Shown: in pieces, positions 16,134 to 26,617 of the stretch
Layout: each line of letters begins with the position of its first letter
How positions within the stretch are numbered: position 1 is the stretch's first letter
Assembly: GCF_035503875.1 (NCBI RefSeq)
Contig: NZ_DATJTA010000022.1
Coordinates: 12,607 to 76,606 of the forward strand
Direction of reading: 5' to 3'
Source of the DNA: Nocardioides sp.
GTDB taxonomy: Bacteria; Actinomycetota; Actinomycetes; Propionibacteriales; Nocardioidaceae
DNA length: 64,000 bases
Position numbers and translations under genes: made by a program
The notes under the pieces: generated by a model
What the model was told of the DNA's origin: nothing
Seen by the model: the letters and a program-made list of their open reading frames with translations, nothing else
Database searches by the model: none

Positions 16134-17645
16134 TCAGATCCCGGCGTTGGCAAGGCTGGTCGCCGCCTTGGCGGGCGCCGGCTTGCGGAGGAAGACCGCC
16201 CAGGTCACGACCGCGCAGACGACGTAGAAGCCGGTGAAGATCACGAACGCGCCCTTGGTCGCCTCCATCGGCTGCTCCACCCACGGGGAGCTGAAGGCGA
16301 TCGGGATCAGGAAGCCGCCGACCGCACCGACGGCGCCGATGACGCCGATCGCGGCCGAGGACTTCTTGGTGCCGGCGTGCAGGGCGGCCGCCCGCTCCGG
16401 GGTGCCGGCCGTCGTGGCGCGCTCGGCCTGGGTGCGGAAGATCGCCGGGATCATCTTGTACGTCGACCCGTTGCCGATGCCGGTCGCGGCGAAGATGCAC
16501 AGGAAGAAGGCCAGGAACCACGGGAACCAGGACTGATTGTCGTCGGCGATCGCGGGGCTCTGCGTGGGGTTCGGGGTCAGCTGGGTGAGCGTCCACAGGA
16601 CCGCCAGGGTGGCGACGATCATCCCGGCGAACGCGCCGAGGGTGACCCGCGCGCCGCCGTACTTGTCGGCCAACCAGCCGCCGAACGGTCGGGTCGCGGA
16701 GCCGACGAGCGCGCCGAGGAAGGCGAAGTACGCGAAGTAGATGCCGGTACCGAGCGGCGCCGGCTCGGGCACCCAGAAGTTGAGCTTGATCAGCAGCGGC
16801 ATCGCGGCCGAGTAGCCGATGAACGAGCCGAACGTGCCGATGTAGAGGAACGCCATCACCCAGGTCTGCCTCTCGCGGACGACCGCCAGCTGCTCGCGCG
16901 GCTTCGACTGCGCGGAGGTGAGGTTGTCCATGCAGAGGTACGCCGCGAGCGTCGCCACCACCGCGAGGGCGGCGTACACGTAGGCGGCCCGCTCCAGGTG
17001 GATCCCGCCGTCGCTGGCCTGGACCATGCCGAAGATGCCCGCGCCGCCGACGATGACCGGCAGGAAGAGCTGGATCAGCGCGACGCCCAGGTTGCCGCCG
17101 GCGGCGTTGAGGCCGAGGGCGGCGCCCTTCTTCGCGGCGGGGTAGAAGAAGTTGATGTTGGCCATCGAGCTGGCGAAGTTGCCCCCGCCGAGGCCGGCCG
17201 TCGCGGCGATCAGGCAGAACAGCCAGAACGGCGTGTCCGGGTTCTGCACCGCGACCGCGAAGCCGAGCGTCGGGATCAGCAGCAGCGCGGCGCTGGCCAT
17301 CGTCCAGTTGCGCCCGCCGAACTTCGGCACGGCGAAGGTGTACGGCAGCCGCAGCAGCGACCCCACCAGGTTGGGCAGCGCGATGAGCAGGAACAGCTGC
17401 TGCGGGCTGTAGCTGAAGCCCATCGACACCAGGAACGCCGAGCTCACGCTCCAGATCAGCCACACCGAGAACCCGAGATGCTCGGCGAAGATCGACCAGA
17501 CCAGGTTGCGCCGGGCCACCCTCCGCCCGGTCGTCTCCCAGAACTCCGGCTCCTCGGGGCGCCAGTCGTCGATCCAACGTCCGGTACGGCGGGCGGGCGC
17601 CGCCGACGTCGCGGACGTCACGGGGCGGCTGTCGGTCACGGTCAT
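16134..17645 (-). CDS. narK: Nitrate/nitrite transporter, MFS NNP family (NarK)
   Basis: 503 aa and 12-TM-like, with NNP-type motifs (GGNFASSMANINFFYP, GLNAAGGNLG). Confidence 0.9.
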   Translation of the reverse strand: MTVTDSRPVTSATSAAPARRTGRWIDDWRPEEPEFWETTGRRVARRNLVWSIFAEHLGFSVWLIWSVSSAFLVSMGFSYSPQQLFLLIALPNLVGSLLRLPYTFAVPKFGGRNWTMASAALLLIPTLGFAVAVQNPDTPFWLFCLIAATAGLGGGNFASSMANINFFYPAAKKGAALGLNAAGGNLGVALIQLFLPVIVGGAGIFGMVQASDGGIHLERAAYVYAALAVVATLAAYLCMDNLTSAQSKPREQLAVVRERQTWVMAFLYIGTFGSFIGYSAAMPLLIKLNFWVPEPAPLGTGIYFAYFAFLGALVGSATRPFGGWLADKYGGARVTLGAFAGMIVATLAVLWTLTQLTPNPTQSPAIADDNQSWFPWFLAFFLCIFAATGIGNGSTYKMIPAIFRTQAERATTAGTPERAAALHAGTKKSSAAIGVIGAVGAVGGFLIPIAFSSPWVEQPMEATKGAFVIFTGFYVVCAVVTWAVFLRKPAPAKAATSLANAGI

Positions 17646-17671
17646 GTCGAGGCTCCCTGAGAGGTCGAGGT

Positions 17672-17753
17672 GTCCTCAGCCTCGGAGCCGGGCGTAACAC
17701 CGGCGGCCTGTCGCCGTACCGATGTCGTCAACTTCTCCTCACGGCCTCACACC
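17672..17753 (-). promoter_or_regulatory. Conserved 82-nt upstream leader/promoter of narK-nasA (copy 2 of 2)
   Basis: Paralogous to 13601-13682, with the same TTGAC / GGTAC / GTTAC phasing. It lies 26 nt upstream of the narK ATG and directly abuts repeat element C. Confidence 0.5.
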
Positions 17754-17755
17754 CC

Positions 17756-17885
17756 ACGCTGGTTGAGGTGCGAGCGGAGCGAGCCTCGAAACCCGGTGAG
17801 ACACACGTCGGCCTCGGCTCGGGCTGCTTCTCTGCTCACCGGGTTTCGAGGCTCAGGACTTCGTCCTTCGCACCTCGACCAGCGT
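17756..17885. repeat. Repeat element C: single complete 130-bp hairpin element (best exemplar of the family)
   Basis: ACGCTGGTTGAGGTGCGAGCGGAGCGAGCCTCGAAACCCGGTGAG..(loop)..CTCACCGGGTTTCGAGGCTCAGGACTTCGTCCTTCGCACCTCGACCAGCGT. Confidence 0.9.
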
Positions 17886-17918
17886 TCGGGGCCGCGACCG
17901 CTCGTCGTACGAGATCGA

Positions 17919-17953
17919 CCGCTGGGCGACGTACGCCGTCCGCTGGGCGACGT
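17919..17953. promoter_or_regulatory. Two perfect 14-bp direct repeats CCGCTGGGCGACGT with 21-bp periodicity upstream of DUF485-actP-acs
   Basis: Copies lie at 17919-17932 and 17940-17953, about 85-115 bp upstream of GTG 18036. The geometry matches direct-repeat operators (e.g. LytTR regulators), but no binding data exist. Confidence 0.35.
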
Positions 17954-18035
17954 GCGCGCGCACACCTCTCACGACGCGGATGCGCCCGCTCCTACCGTGA
18001 CGGCGATCACATCGCTTCTCGGAGAGGGGAACCTC

Positions 18036-18395
18036 GTGACGACCCACGACCACGACCCGGACCAGGCCGCGCGCCACGATCCGGTGTACGACGAGCTGCA
18101 CGCGCGTCCGGAGTTCACCGAGCTGCGGCGTCTCTACCGCGGCTTCGTGTTCCCCGCGACGGTGGCCTTCCTGTCCTGGTACCTGCTGTACGTCGTCATG
18201 TCGAACTGGGCGGGCGACTTCATGAGCAAGCAGGTCTTCGGCAACATCAACGTCGCCCTGATCTTCGGGCTGCTGCAGTTCGTGACCACGTTCCTGCTGG
18301 CCTGGCTCTACTCCCGCTACTCCACCTCCAAGCTCGACCCGCTCGCCAAGGTGATCGACGACGAGTACCGCGCGACGAAGGCGAAGGGGCACTGA
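18036..18395 (+). CDS. DUF485 (YjcH-like) membrane protein
   Basis: ORF 17670..18395 trimmed to GTG 18036, preceded by GGAGAGGGGA. The motif ELRRLYRGFVFPATVAFLSWYLLYVVMS...ALIFGLLQFVTTFLLAWLY is typical of DUF485, and the gene lies directly upstream of actP. Confidence 0.85.
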   Translation: MTTHDHDPDQAARHDPVYDELHARPEFTELRRLYRGFVFPATVAFLSWYLLYVVMSNWAGDFMSKQVFGNINVALIFGLLQFVTTFLLAWLYSRYSTSKLDPLAKVIDDEYRATKAKGH

Positions 18396-18396
18396 C

Positions 18397-20013
18397 ATGG
18401 ACCACCAGGTGCTCACCACCGTCCTGTTCCTCGCCGTCGTCGCGCTGACCGTCGGCATCACCTTCTGGGCCAGCCGGCAGACATCCGGCACCGCCGACTT
18501 CTACGCCGGCGGCCGCTCCTTCTCCGGGATCCAGAACGGCCTGGCGATCGGCGGCGACTACATGTCGGCGGCGTCGTTCCTCGGCATCTCCGGCGCCATC
18601 GCGCTCTCCGGGTACGACGGCTTCCTCTACTCGATCGGCTTCCTGGTCGCCTGGCTGGTGGCCCTGCTGCTCGTCGCGGAGATGCTGCGCAACTCGGGTC
18701 GCTACACGATGGCCGACCAGCTGGCGTACCGGATGAGGCAGCGCCCGGTCCGGATGGCGGCGGCGACCTCGACCGTGGTCGTCTCGATCTTCTACCTGCT
18801 GGCGCAGATGGTCGGCGCGGGTGCGCTGGTCACCCTGCTGCTCGACGTCGACAGCCAGGCCACCAAGAACCTCGTGATCGTCGCCGTCGGCGCCCTGATG
18901 GTCTTCTACGTGACCGTCGGCGGCATGAAGGGCACGACGTGGGTGCAGATCGTCAAGGCCGTGCTGCTGATGACCGGCTCGGCGCTGATCGTCGTCCTGG
19001 TGCTCGCGAAGTTCGACTTCAACCTCTCCGAGCTACTCGGCACGGCGGCCGACAACTCCGGTGCCGGTCAGGCGTTCCTCGAGCCCGGACTGAAGTACGG
19101 CGCCACGCTGACCAGCAAGATCGACTTCCTCAGCCTCGGCATCGCCCTGGTCCTCGGTACGGCGGGCCTCCCGCACATCCTGATCCGCTTCTACACCGTC
19201 CCGACCTCGCGTGACGCGCGGAAGTCGGTGCTCTGGGCGATCGGCCTGATCGGCGTGTTCTACCTGTTCACGCTGGTGCTCGGCTTCGGTGCGGCCGCCC
19301 TGCTCGACACCTCCACGCTGGACGCGGCCGGCAACCTGGCCTCGCCGAAGCTCGCCGAGGAGGTCGGCGGAGGCGCCGGCTCGACCGGAGGGGCCATCCT
19401 GCTGGCGCTGATCGCGGCCGTGGCGTTCGCGACCATCCTCGCGGTGGTCGCCGGACTCGTGCTGACGTCGTCGGCCTCGGTGGCGCACGACATCTACAAC
19501 AACGTCATCAAGAAGGGGAAGGCCACCGAGCAGGAGGAGATCCGGATGACGCGGTTCGCCGCCGCCGGCATCGGCCTGGTGGCGATCCTGCTGGCCATCC
19601 CGGCGCAGAACCTGAACATCGCGTTCCTGGTGGCCCTGGCCTTCGCCATCGCGGCGTCGGCCAACCTGCCGGCGATCGTCTACAACATGTTCTGGCGGCG
19701 CTTCAACACCCGCGGCGCCACGTGGAGCATCTACGGCGGCCTGGGCTCGGCGCTGATCCTGGTGTTCTTCTCTCCGGTCGTCTCCGGCAAGGGCGAGGAC
19801 GCCGCGGGCAAGAACCTGTCGCTGCTGCCCACCAGCATCGACATCTCGTGGTTCCCGCTGGAGAACCCCGGCATCATCTCGATCCCGCTGGGCTTCCTCG
19901 CCGGCTACCTCGGCACCATCTCGAGCCGCGAGCCGACGGCCGAGGAGCGCTACACCGAGCTCGAGGTCCGCGCCCTGTCCGGGGCGGGCGCCGAGCAAGC
20001 CATCACCCACTGA
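18397..20013 (+). CDS. actP: Cation/acetate symporter ActP
   Basis: 538 aa, with [49 protein letters not shown] and [12 protein letters not shown], both canonical ActP/SSF motifs. Confidence 0.9.
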   Translation: MDHQVLTTVLFLAVVALTVGITFWASRQTSGTADFYAGGRSFSGIQNGLAIGGDYMSAASFLGISGAIALSGYDGFLYSIGFLVAWLVALLLVAEMLRNSGRYTMADQLAYRMRQRPVRMAAATSTVVVSIFYLLAQMVGAGALVTLLLDVDSQATKNLVIVAVGALMVFYVTVGGMKGTTWVQIVKAVLLMTGSALIVVLVLAKFDFNLSELLGTAADNSGAGQAFLEPGLKYGATLTSKIDFLSLGIALVLGTAGLPHILIRFYTVPTSRDARKSVLWAIGLIGVFYLFTLVLGFGAAALLDTSTLDAAGNLASPKLAEEVGGGAGSTGGAILLALIAAVAFATILAVVAGLVLTSSASVAHDIYNNVIKKGKATEQEEIRMTRFAAAGIGLVAILLAIPAQNLNIAFLVALAFAIAASANLPAIVYNMFWRRFNTRGATWSIYGGLGSALILVFFSPVVSGKGEDAAGKNLSLLPTSIDISWFPLENPGIISIPLGFLAGYLGTISSREPTAEERYTELEVRALSGAGAEQAITH

Positions 20014-20021
20014 CCGACCCT

Positions 20022-20049
20022 GGCCCCCGCCACTAGTGTGGCGGGGGCC
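20022..20049 (+). terminator. Intercistronic hairpin between actP and acs (possible attenuator/terminator or processing site)
   Basis: GGCCCCCGCCAC-tagt-GTGGCGGGGGCC is a perfect 12-bp stem followed by ACCCCATTTCT. Confidence 0.45.
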
Positions 20050-20089
20050 ACCCCATTTCTGCCGATCCCGTGACGATCCAGGAGCGAAC

Positions 20090-22054
<1,965 letters not shown>

Positions 22055-22080
22055 CACCCCACCCCCATCCCCATCCCCAC

Positions 22081-22156
22081 GCCGAGCCGGCGTGAGTTTG
22101 GTGCCGAGCCGGCGCGAGTTCGCGCCGGCTCGGCACCGAACTCACGCCGGCTCGGC
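22081..22156 (+). terminator. 76-nt near-perfect hairpin downstream of acs (37-bp stem, 2-nt loop)
   Basis: GCCGAGCCGGCGTGAGTTTGGTGCCGAGCCGGCGCGA-gt-TCGCGCCGGCTCGGCACCGAACTCACGCCGGCTCGGC, with one T/C position that gives a G-U pair in RNA. There is no U-tract. Confidence 0.55.
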
Positions 22157-22224
22157 GGTAGGGTCAGGGGTGGTGTGCCGGGAAGTCTGGTCGGCTTCTC
22201 TGTCGCCGACCCCTCAGGAGCACC

Positions 22225-23541
22225 GTGTCCCCCACCCGTCGCCTGTTCAGCCGCGGCTCGTTCCCCGAAGCCTCGCGCATCACCGAGATCCTGCGCGCCG
22301 AGACCACCGGCGGCCTGCTGCTGATCGTCGGCGCGCTGATCGCGATCGTCTGGTCGAACACCGCCTTCTCCGAGGCGTACGAGAACCTCCGCGACCTGCG
22401 GATCGGCCCGGAGGCCCTCCATCTGAACCTCACCCTCGGCACCTGGGCGGCCGACGGGCTGCTGGCCATCTTCTTCTTCGTCGCCGGACTGGAGCTGAAG
22501 CGCGAGTTCGTCGCGGGTGACCTGCGCGATCCCCGCCGCGCCGCACTGCCCGTAGTCGCGGCGGTCGGCGGGATGGCGATGCCTGCCGTGGTCTACGTCC
22601 TGTGGAACCTCGGCTCCAGCGGCGACCTCGCCGGCTGGGCGATCCCGACCGCCACCGACATCGCGTTCGCCGTCGCGATCCTGGCCGTGATCAGCACGCA
22701 CCTCCCGAGCGGGCTGCGGACGTTCCTGCTGACCCTCGCCGTCGTCGACGACCTGCTGGCCATCACCATCATCGCGATCTTCTACACCGACCACCTGCGG
22801 CCGTCGTACCTCCTCCTCGCGCTGGTGCCGATCGCGCTCTTCGCCGTCCTGGTGCAGCGGCGGATCCGCTCCGGGTGGCTGCTGATCCCGCTGGCCGTCC
22901 TGGCCTGGGTGCTGGTGCACGAGTCGGGCGTGCACGCCACGGTCGCCGGGGTGCTGCTGGGCTTCACCGTGCCGGTGCTGCGCAGCGAGTCGGCCGGCGG
23001 GCCGGAGGCGGGTCCCGGCCTGGCCGAGCACTTCGAGCACCTGGTCAGGCCGATCTCGGCGGGGGTCGCCGTACCCGTCTTCGCGTTCTTCGCCGCCGGC
23101 GTCGACGTGGGCGGGCTCGACGGGCTGAGAAGTGCGCTCACCGACCCGATCGCCCTCGGCATCGTGACCGGGCTGGTCGTGGGCAAGACCCTCGGCATCG
23201 CCGGCTCGACCTGGCTGCTCGCGACCTTCACCCGCGCGGACCTCGACGAGGACCTGTCCTGGGTCGACGTCATCGGCATGGCGATGCTCGCCGGCATCGG
23301 GTTCACCGTCTCCCTGCTCATCGGCGAGCTCGCGTTCGGGAGCGGTACGCCGCAGGACGAGCACGCGAAGGTCGGCGTACTCGTCGGGTCGCTGGTCGCG
23401 ACGCTGCTCGCGACCGTGGTGCTGCGCAGCCGCAACCGGGTCTACCGTCGACTGCACGAGGAGGAGATGCTGGATCTGGACGCGGACGGGGTACCCGACG
23501 TCTACCAGCGCGACGAACGCCGGGAGCAGCCCGGCTTGTAG
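22225..23541 (+). CDS. nhaA: Na+/H+ antiporter NhaA
   Basis: GTG start after AGGAG. The motifs [22 protein letters not shown] and [10 protein letters not shown]...[10 protein letters not shown] are NhaA signatures. Confidence 0.9.
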   Translation: MSPTRRLFSRGSFPEASRITEILRAETTGGLLLIVGALIAIVWSNTAFSEAYENLRDLRIGPEALHLNLTLGTWAADGLLAIFFFVAGLELKREFVAGDLRDPRRAALPVVAAVGGMAMPAVVYVLWNLGSSGDLAGWAIPTATDIAFAVAILAVISTHLPSGLRTFLLTLAVVDDLLAITIIAIFYTDHLRPSYLLLALVPIALFAVLVQRRIRSGWLLIPLAVLAWVLVHESGVHATVAGVLLGFTVPVLRSESAGGPEAGPGLAEHFEHLVRPISAGVAVPVFAFFAAGVDVGGLDGLRSALTDPIALGIVTGLVVGKTLGIAGSTWLLATFTRADLDEDLSWVDVIGMAMLAGIGFTVSLLIGELAFGSGTPQDEHAKVGVLVGSLVATLLATVVLRSRNRVYRRLHEEEMLDLDADGVPDVYQRDERREQPGL

Positions 23542-23586
23542 GGTCTGCACGACCAGCGCAACCGCACCAGCAGGGGGACTGCCCGC

Positions 23587-24000
23587 ATGGCCACCGAACC
23601 CGTCCAGGCACCCAGCAAGGACGACCCCACCATCGGTCGCCTCGTCGCCGACGCGAGCCGCGACATCTCGACGCTGATCTCCAAGGAGATCGAGCTCGCG
23701 AAGTCCGAGCTGAAGGTCAGCGTCAAGGCCGGCGGCCTGGGCGTCGCGATGTTCGCCGCGGCCGCCTTCGTCGCCGTGCTCGCCATCATCATGTTCTCGG
23801 TGGCGCTCGCCTACTTCATCAACTGGAACGGCCAGGGGCTCAGCCTGCACTGGGCGTTCCTGATCGTCTTCGCCCTCTACCTCGGGATCGCCGCGCTGCT
23901 GGTCTTCATCGGCGTGAAGAAGGTCAAGCAGGTCGGGCCGCCCGAGAAGGCGATCGAACAGGGCCGCGAGATCCCCAAGGCGTTCAAGGGCATGGCCTGA
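23587..24000 (+). CDS. Small membrane protein of the actinobacterial holin-X / Phage_holin_3_6-like family
   Basis: 137 aa. The motif IGRLVADASRDISTLISKEIELAKSELK is followed by two TM segments, a pattern conserved in housekeeping contexts in actinobacteria. Confidence 0.7.
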   Translation: MATEPVQAPSKDDPTIGRLVADASRDISTLISKEIELAKSELKVSVKAGGLGVAMFAAAAFVAVLAIIMFSVALAYFINWNGQGLSLHWAFLIVFALYLGIAALLVFIGVKKVKQVGPPEKAIEQGREIPKAFKGMA

Positions 24001-24033
24001 CGTACGACGGACCCGGTGGGGGCTGCTTGTCGG

Positions 24034-24127
24034 CTCACGGGGTTTCGAGGCTCACCCGCTAGCGCGGCTTCGCACCTCAACCAGCGTGGGGCCACCCGCT
24101 AGCGCGGCTTCGCACCTCAACCAGCGT
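24034..24127. repeat. Repeat cluster D: loop plus right arm, then a second right-arm fragment
   Basis: CTCACGGGGTTTCGAGGCTCACCCGCTAGCGCGGCTTCGCACCTCAACCAGCGT is followed by GGGGCCACCCGCTAGCGCGGCTTCGCACCTCAACCAGCGT. The cluster ends exactly at the marP stop codon. Confidence 0.85.
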
Positions 24128-25302
24128 CAGCCGGCGCACTCGCCGGTCGAGACCTCGCTGCTGCGGGCGCGGCCCTCGGCCGCGGTGTCGGCGACCTGCG
24201 CAGCGGTGAGGGCGTAGCCGGTGTCCTTGTCGGTGACCGAGGCGGCGAACACCACGCCGACGACGTCGCCGTCGCGCTCGACGATCGGACCGCCGGAGTT
24301 GCCGGGACGGACGAGCCCGCGCAGGGAGAAGACCTCGCGGATGACCGAGCCGCGGCCGTAGATGTCGGGGGACCGCAGCCGCTGCTCGGCCCGGATCCGG
24401 GCGGCCTGCGCGTCGTACGGGCCGTCCTGGGGGTAGCCCAGGATCACGACCGGGTCGCCCGCCTGGGCACCCTGGTCGAAGCGGAGCGTGGCCCGGCCCT
24501 GCGCGTCGAGCTGCAGCACGGCGAGGTCGAGCTGCGGGTCGTAGAGCACGACCGTGGCGGGGACCGACTCCTCGCCGAGCAGCACCTCGGGATCGTCGAC
24601 GCCGGCGACCACGTGGGCGTTGGTGATCAGCCGGTCCTCGGCGTACAGGAAGCCGGTGCCCTCGACGCCGCGGCCGCAGCGGTTCGTGGCCCGGACCTTC
24701 AGCACGCTCTCCTGGGCGACGCGCACGCGGCGCTTCTCCAGCAGCTTGCTGTCGCCCGGCGCGACCTCGACGATCCGCTCGGGGGCGAACGGCTCGAGGT
24801 AGCGCGGGAAGAAGCTGGTGCCGACGACGTCGTTGAAGGTGCTCAGCACGCCGGGCGCCGACTGCGGCAGCACGCTGTTGACCTTGGCGAGCACCGTCGA
24901 CTCGCGGACCATCGGGGTGACCTGGCCGATCCGGCTGCCGGAGACGGCGACGCCGAGCGCCCACGCGACGAGCAGCACGGCGGCCGCGCTGAGCAACGCA
25001 CCGCCGACGGCGTCGATGGCCCGGATCGGCTGCCAGGTGATCCGGTTGCGGATCCTCGCGCCGACGAACTGGAACAGCGCCTGGCCGAGCGACGCCGCGA
25101 GGATCACGATGAACAGCGCGCCCAGCGAGACCCACGTCGAGGGAGAGGCCTCCCCCAGCGCGACCGGCGCGAGCCAGACCCCGAACAGGCCTCCGAGCAG
25201 CAGCCCCGCAGTCGCGAAGGCGCCTGTGATGAAGCCCTGCCAGTAGCCGGAGAGGGCGTAGGCGACGACCAGGGCCACCAGCAGCCAGTCCAGCAGGTTC
25301 AT
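24127..25302 (-). CDS. marP: MarP-family membrane serine protease (CvpA-like TM domain plus trypsin-like domain)
   Basis: The N-terminus MNLLDWLLVALVVAYALSGYWQGF has four TMs. The protease domain has TNAHVV, DLAVLQ and GNSGGPIV (catalytic triad context). Confidence 0.85.
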   Translation of the reverse strand: MNLLDWLLVALVVAYALSGYWQGFITGAFATAGLLLGGLFGVWLAPVALGEASPSTWVSLGALFIVILAASLGQALFQFVGARIRNRITWQPIRAIDAVGGALLSAAAVLLVAWALGVAVSGSRIGQVTPMVRESTVLAKVNSVLPQSAPGVLSTFNDVVGTSFFPRYLEPFAPERIVEVAPGDSKLLEKRRVRVAQESVLKVRATNRCGRGVEGTGFLYAEDRLITNAHVVAGVDDPEVLLGEESVPATVVLYDPQLDLAVLQLDAQGRATLRFDQGAQAGDPVVILGYPQDGPYDAQAARIRAEQRLRSPDIYGRGSVIREVFSLRGLVRPGNSGGPIVERDGDVVGVVFAASVTDKDTGYALTAAQVADTAAEGRARSSEVSTGECAG

Positions 25303-26024
25303 GCCGGCTCCTCGCCGTCGTCCTCGTCGTGCTCGATGTCCAGCATCCCGGCGCGGGCGTTGCGCTGGGCGCGCGAGTCACCGGCCAGCATGTACGCCGG
25401 GAGGTCGCGGACGCGCGCATCGTCCCACGGGCGCGACCACCCGAGGTAGTCGAACAGACGCGTGATGATCCCGCCCGTGAAACCCCAGAGGATGACGTCC
25501 TTGTCTGGACCGATCATGAAGCCGGGGCTGACGTAGCCGCTGGGGTGGCGCACGGAGACCCGGTGCTCGGGGTCGAGGAGCTCGCTGATCGGGGCATGGT
25601 GGATCGCGTGCACCTCGGCGCGGCTGACCACCTCGGCACCGCCGGGCTCGCGCCACCAGCCGAGGACCGGCGTGACGGCGAAGTTGCTCGGCGGCAGCCA
25701 CAGCTCGGGCAGCAGGCCGAAGACCTCGACCGACGACGGCGCGACACCGACCTCCTCCTCGGCCTCGCGCAGCGCGGCCTCGACGACCCCCTCGCCCGGG
25801 TCGAGGGAACCGCCCGGGAAGGACACCTGGCCCGGATGGGAACGCATGTCGTGGGCGCGCTCGGTCAGCAGCAGCTCGGCTCCCGTCGGGCCCTCGCTGA
25901 ACAGCATGAGTACGGCGCCGCGCCGGGCGTCGGATCCCTCGGGCGGCACGAACCGGGTCAGGTGGCTCGCCTCGATCGTCTCAGCCGCCTCCCGCACGGG
26001 GACCAGCCAGTCGGGAAGGGTCAC
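25299..26024 (-). CDS. NUDIX hydrolase (CoA pyrophosphatase-like)
   Basis: Nudix box GGSLDPGEGVVEAALREAEEEVGV. Start and stop overlap neighbouring genes on both sides. Confidence 0.8.
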   Translation of the reverse strand: MTLPDWLVPVREAAETIEASHLTRFVPPEGSDARRGAVLMLFSEGPTGAELLLTERAHDMRSHPGQVSFPGGSLDPGEGVVEAALREAEEEVGVAPSSVEVFGLLPELWLPPSNFAVTPVLGWWREPGGAEVVSRAEVHAIHHAPISELLDPEHRVSVRHPSGYVSPGFMIGPDKDVILWGFTGGIITRLFDYLGWSRPWDDARVRDLPAYMLAGDSRAQRNARAGMLDIEHDEDDGEEPA

Positions 26025-26617
26025 AGCTTGATCCCCAGCTTCGCGTCGACCAGCTCGACCAGCTCCTCGACCGAGTCGATGCCGCCCGCCGTCATCTCCA
26101 CCTCGCCGTCGGCGGTGAGGAAGGCGAAGGCGGGATAGCCACGGGGGCGGATCTCGGTGCCGCTGATGTCGTCACCGGGGTCGGCCAGCTGCGGGTACGT
26201 GGCTCCGGTCGTCCGAGCCAGCTCGAGGGCGAACTCGGGGTAGATGTCCTTCGTGACGCCGACGACCGGCACCTGGTCGCCGTACCGCTCGTGGAACTCC
26301 TGGATGGCCGGCATCTCCTCGCGGCACGGCCCGCACGCGGCGTACCAGAAGTTGACGATCAGCGGCCCCTGCAGCGAGGCCAGGTCGACGTCGGGTCCGC
26401 CACCCAGGCAGGCCAGGGTGAGCTCCGGCAGTGCGCCGTCGGTGCCCTCGCCCGGCACGCAGGTCTCGACGCCGATCTCCTGCTTCAGCGCGCGCAGCTC
26501 GGGGGTGTCGACATCGACGCGCGACGGCCCCGCGGAGCCCGCCGGGCCGGAGTCGTCGTCCGTGCACCCGGTCGCCAGGAGCAGCAGCACCGCCGCCCCG
26601 GCCAGCAGCCGCCTCAT
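26021..26617 (-). CDS. TlpA-like thiol:disulfide oxidoreductase lipoprotein
   Basis: ORF trimmed to MRRLLAGAAVLLLLATGCTDD (lipobox). It has the thioredoxin motif WYAACGPCREE. Confidence 0.8.
   Translation of the reverse strand: MRRLLAGAAVLLLLATGCTDDDSGPAGSAGPSRVDVDTPELRALKQEIGVETCVPGEGTDGALPELTLACLGGGPDVDLASLQGPLIVNFWYAACGPCREEMPAIQEFHERYGDQVPVVGVTKDIYPEFALELARTTGATYPQLADPGDDISGTEIRPRGYPAFAFLTADGEVEMTAGGIDSVEELVELVDAKLGIKL

Noticed and set aside
23587-24000. Prophage remnant suggested by the holin-family annotation.
   Set aside because: There are no other phage-like genes. The gene sits in a conserved housekeeping neighbourhood (nhaA, marP), and this small membrane protein family is widespread in actinobacterial core genomes.
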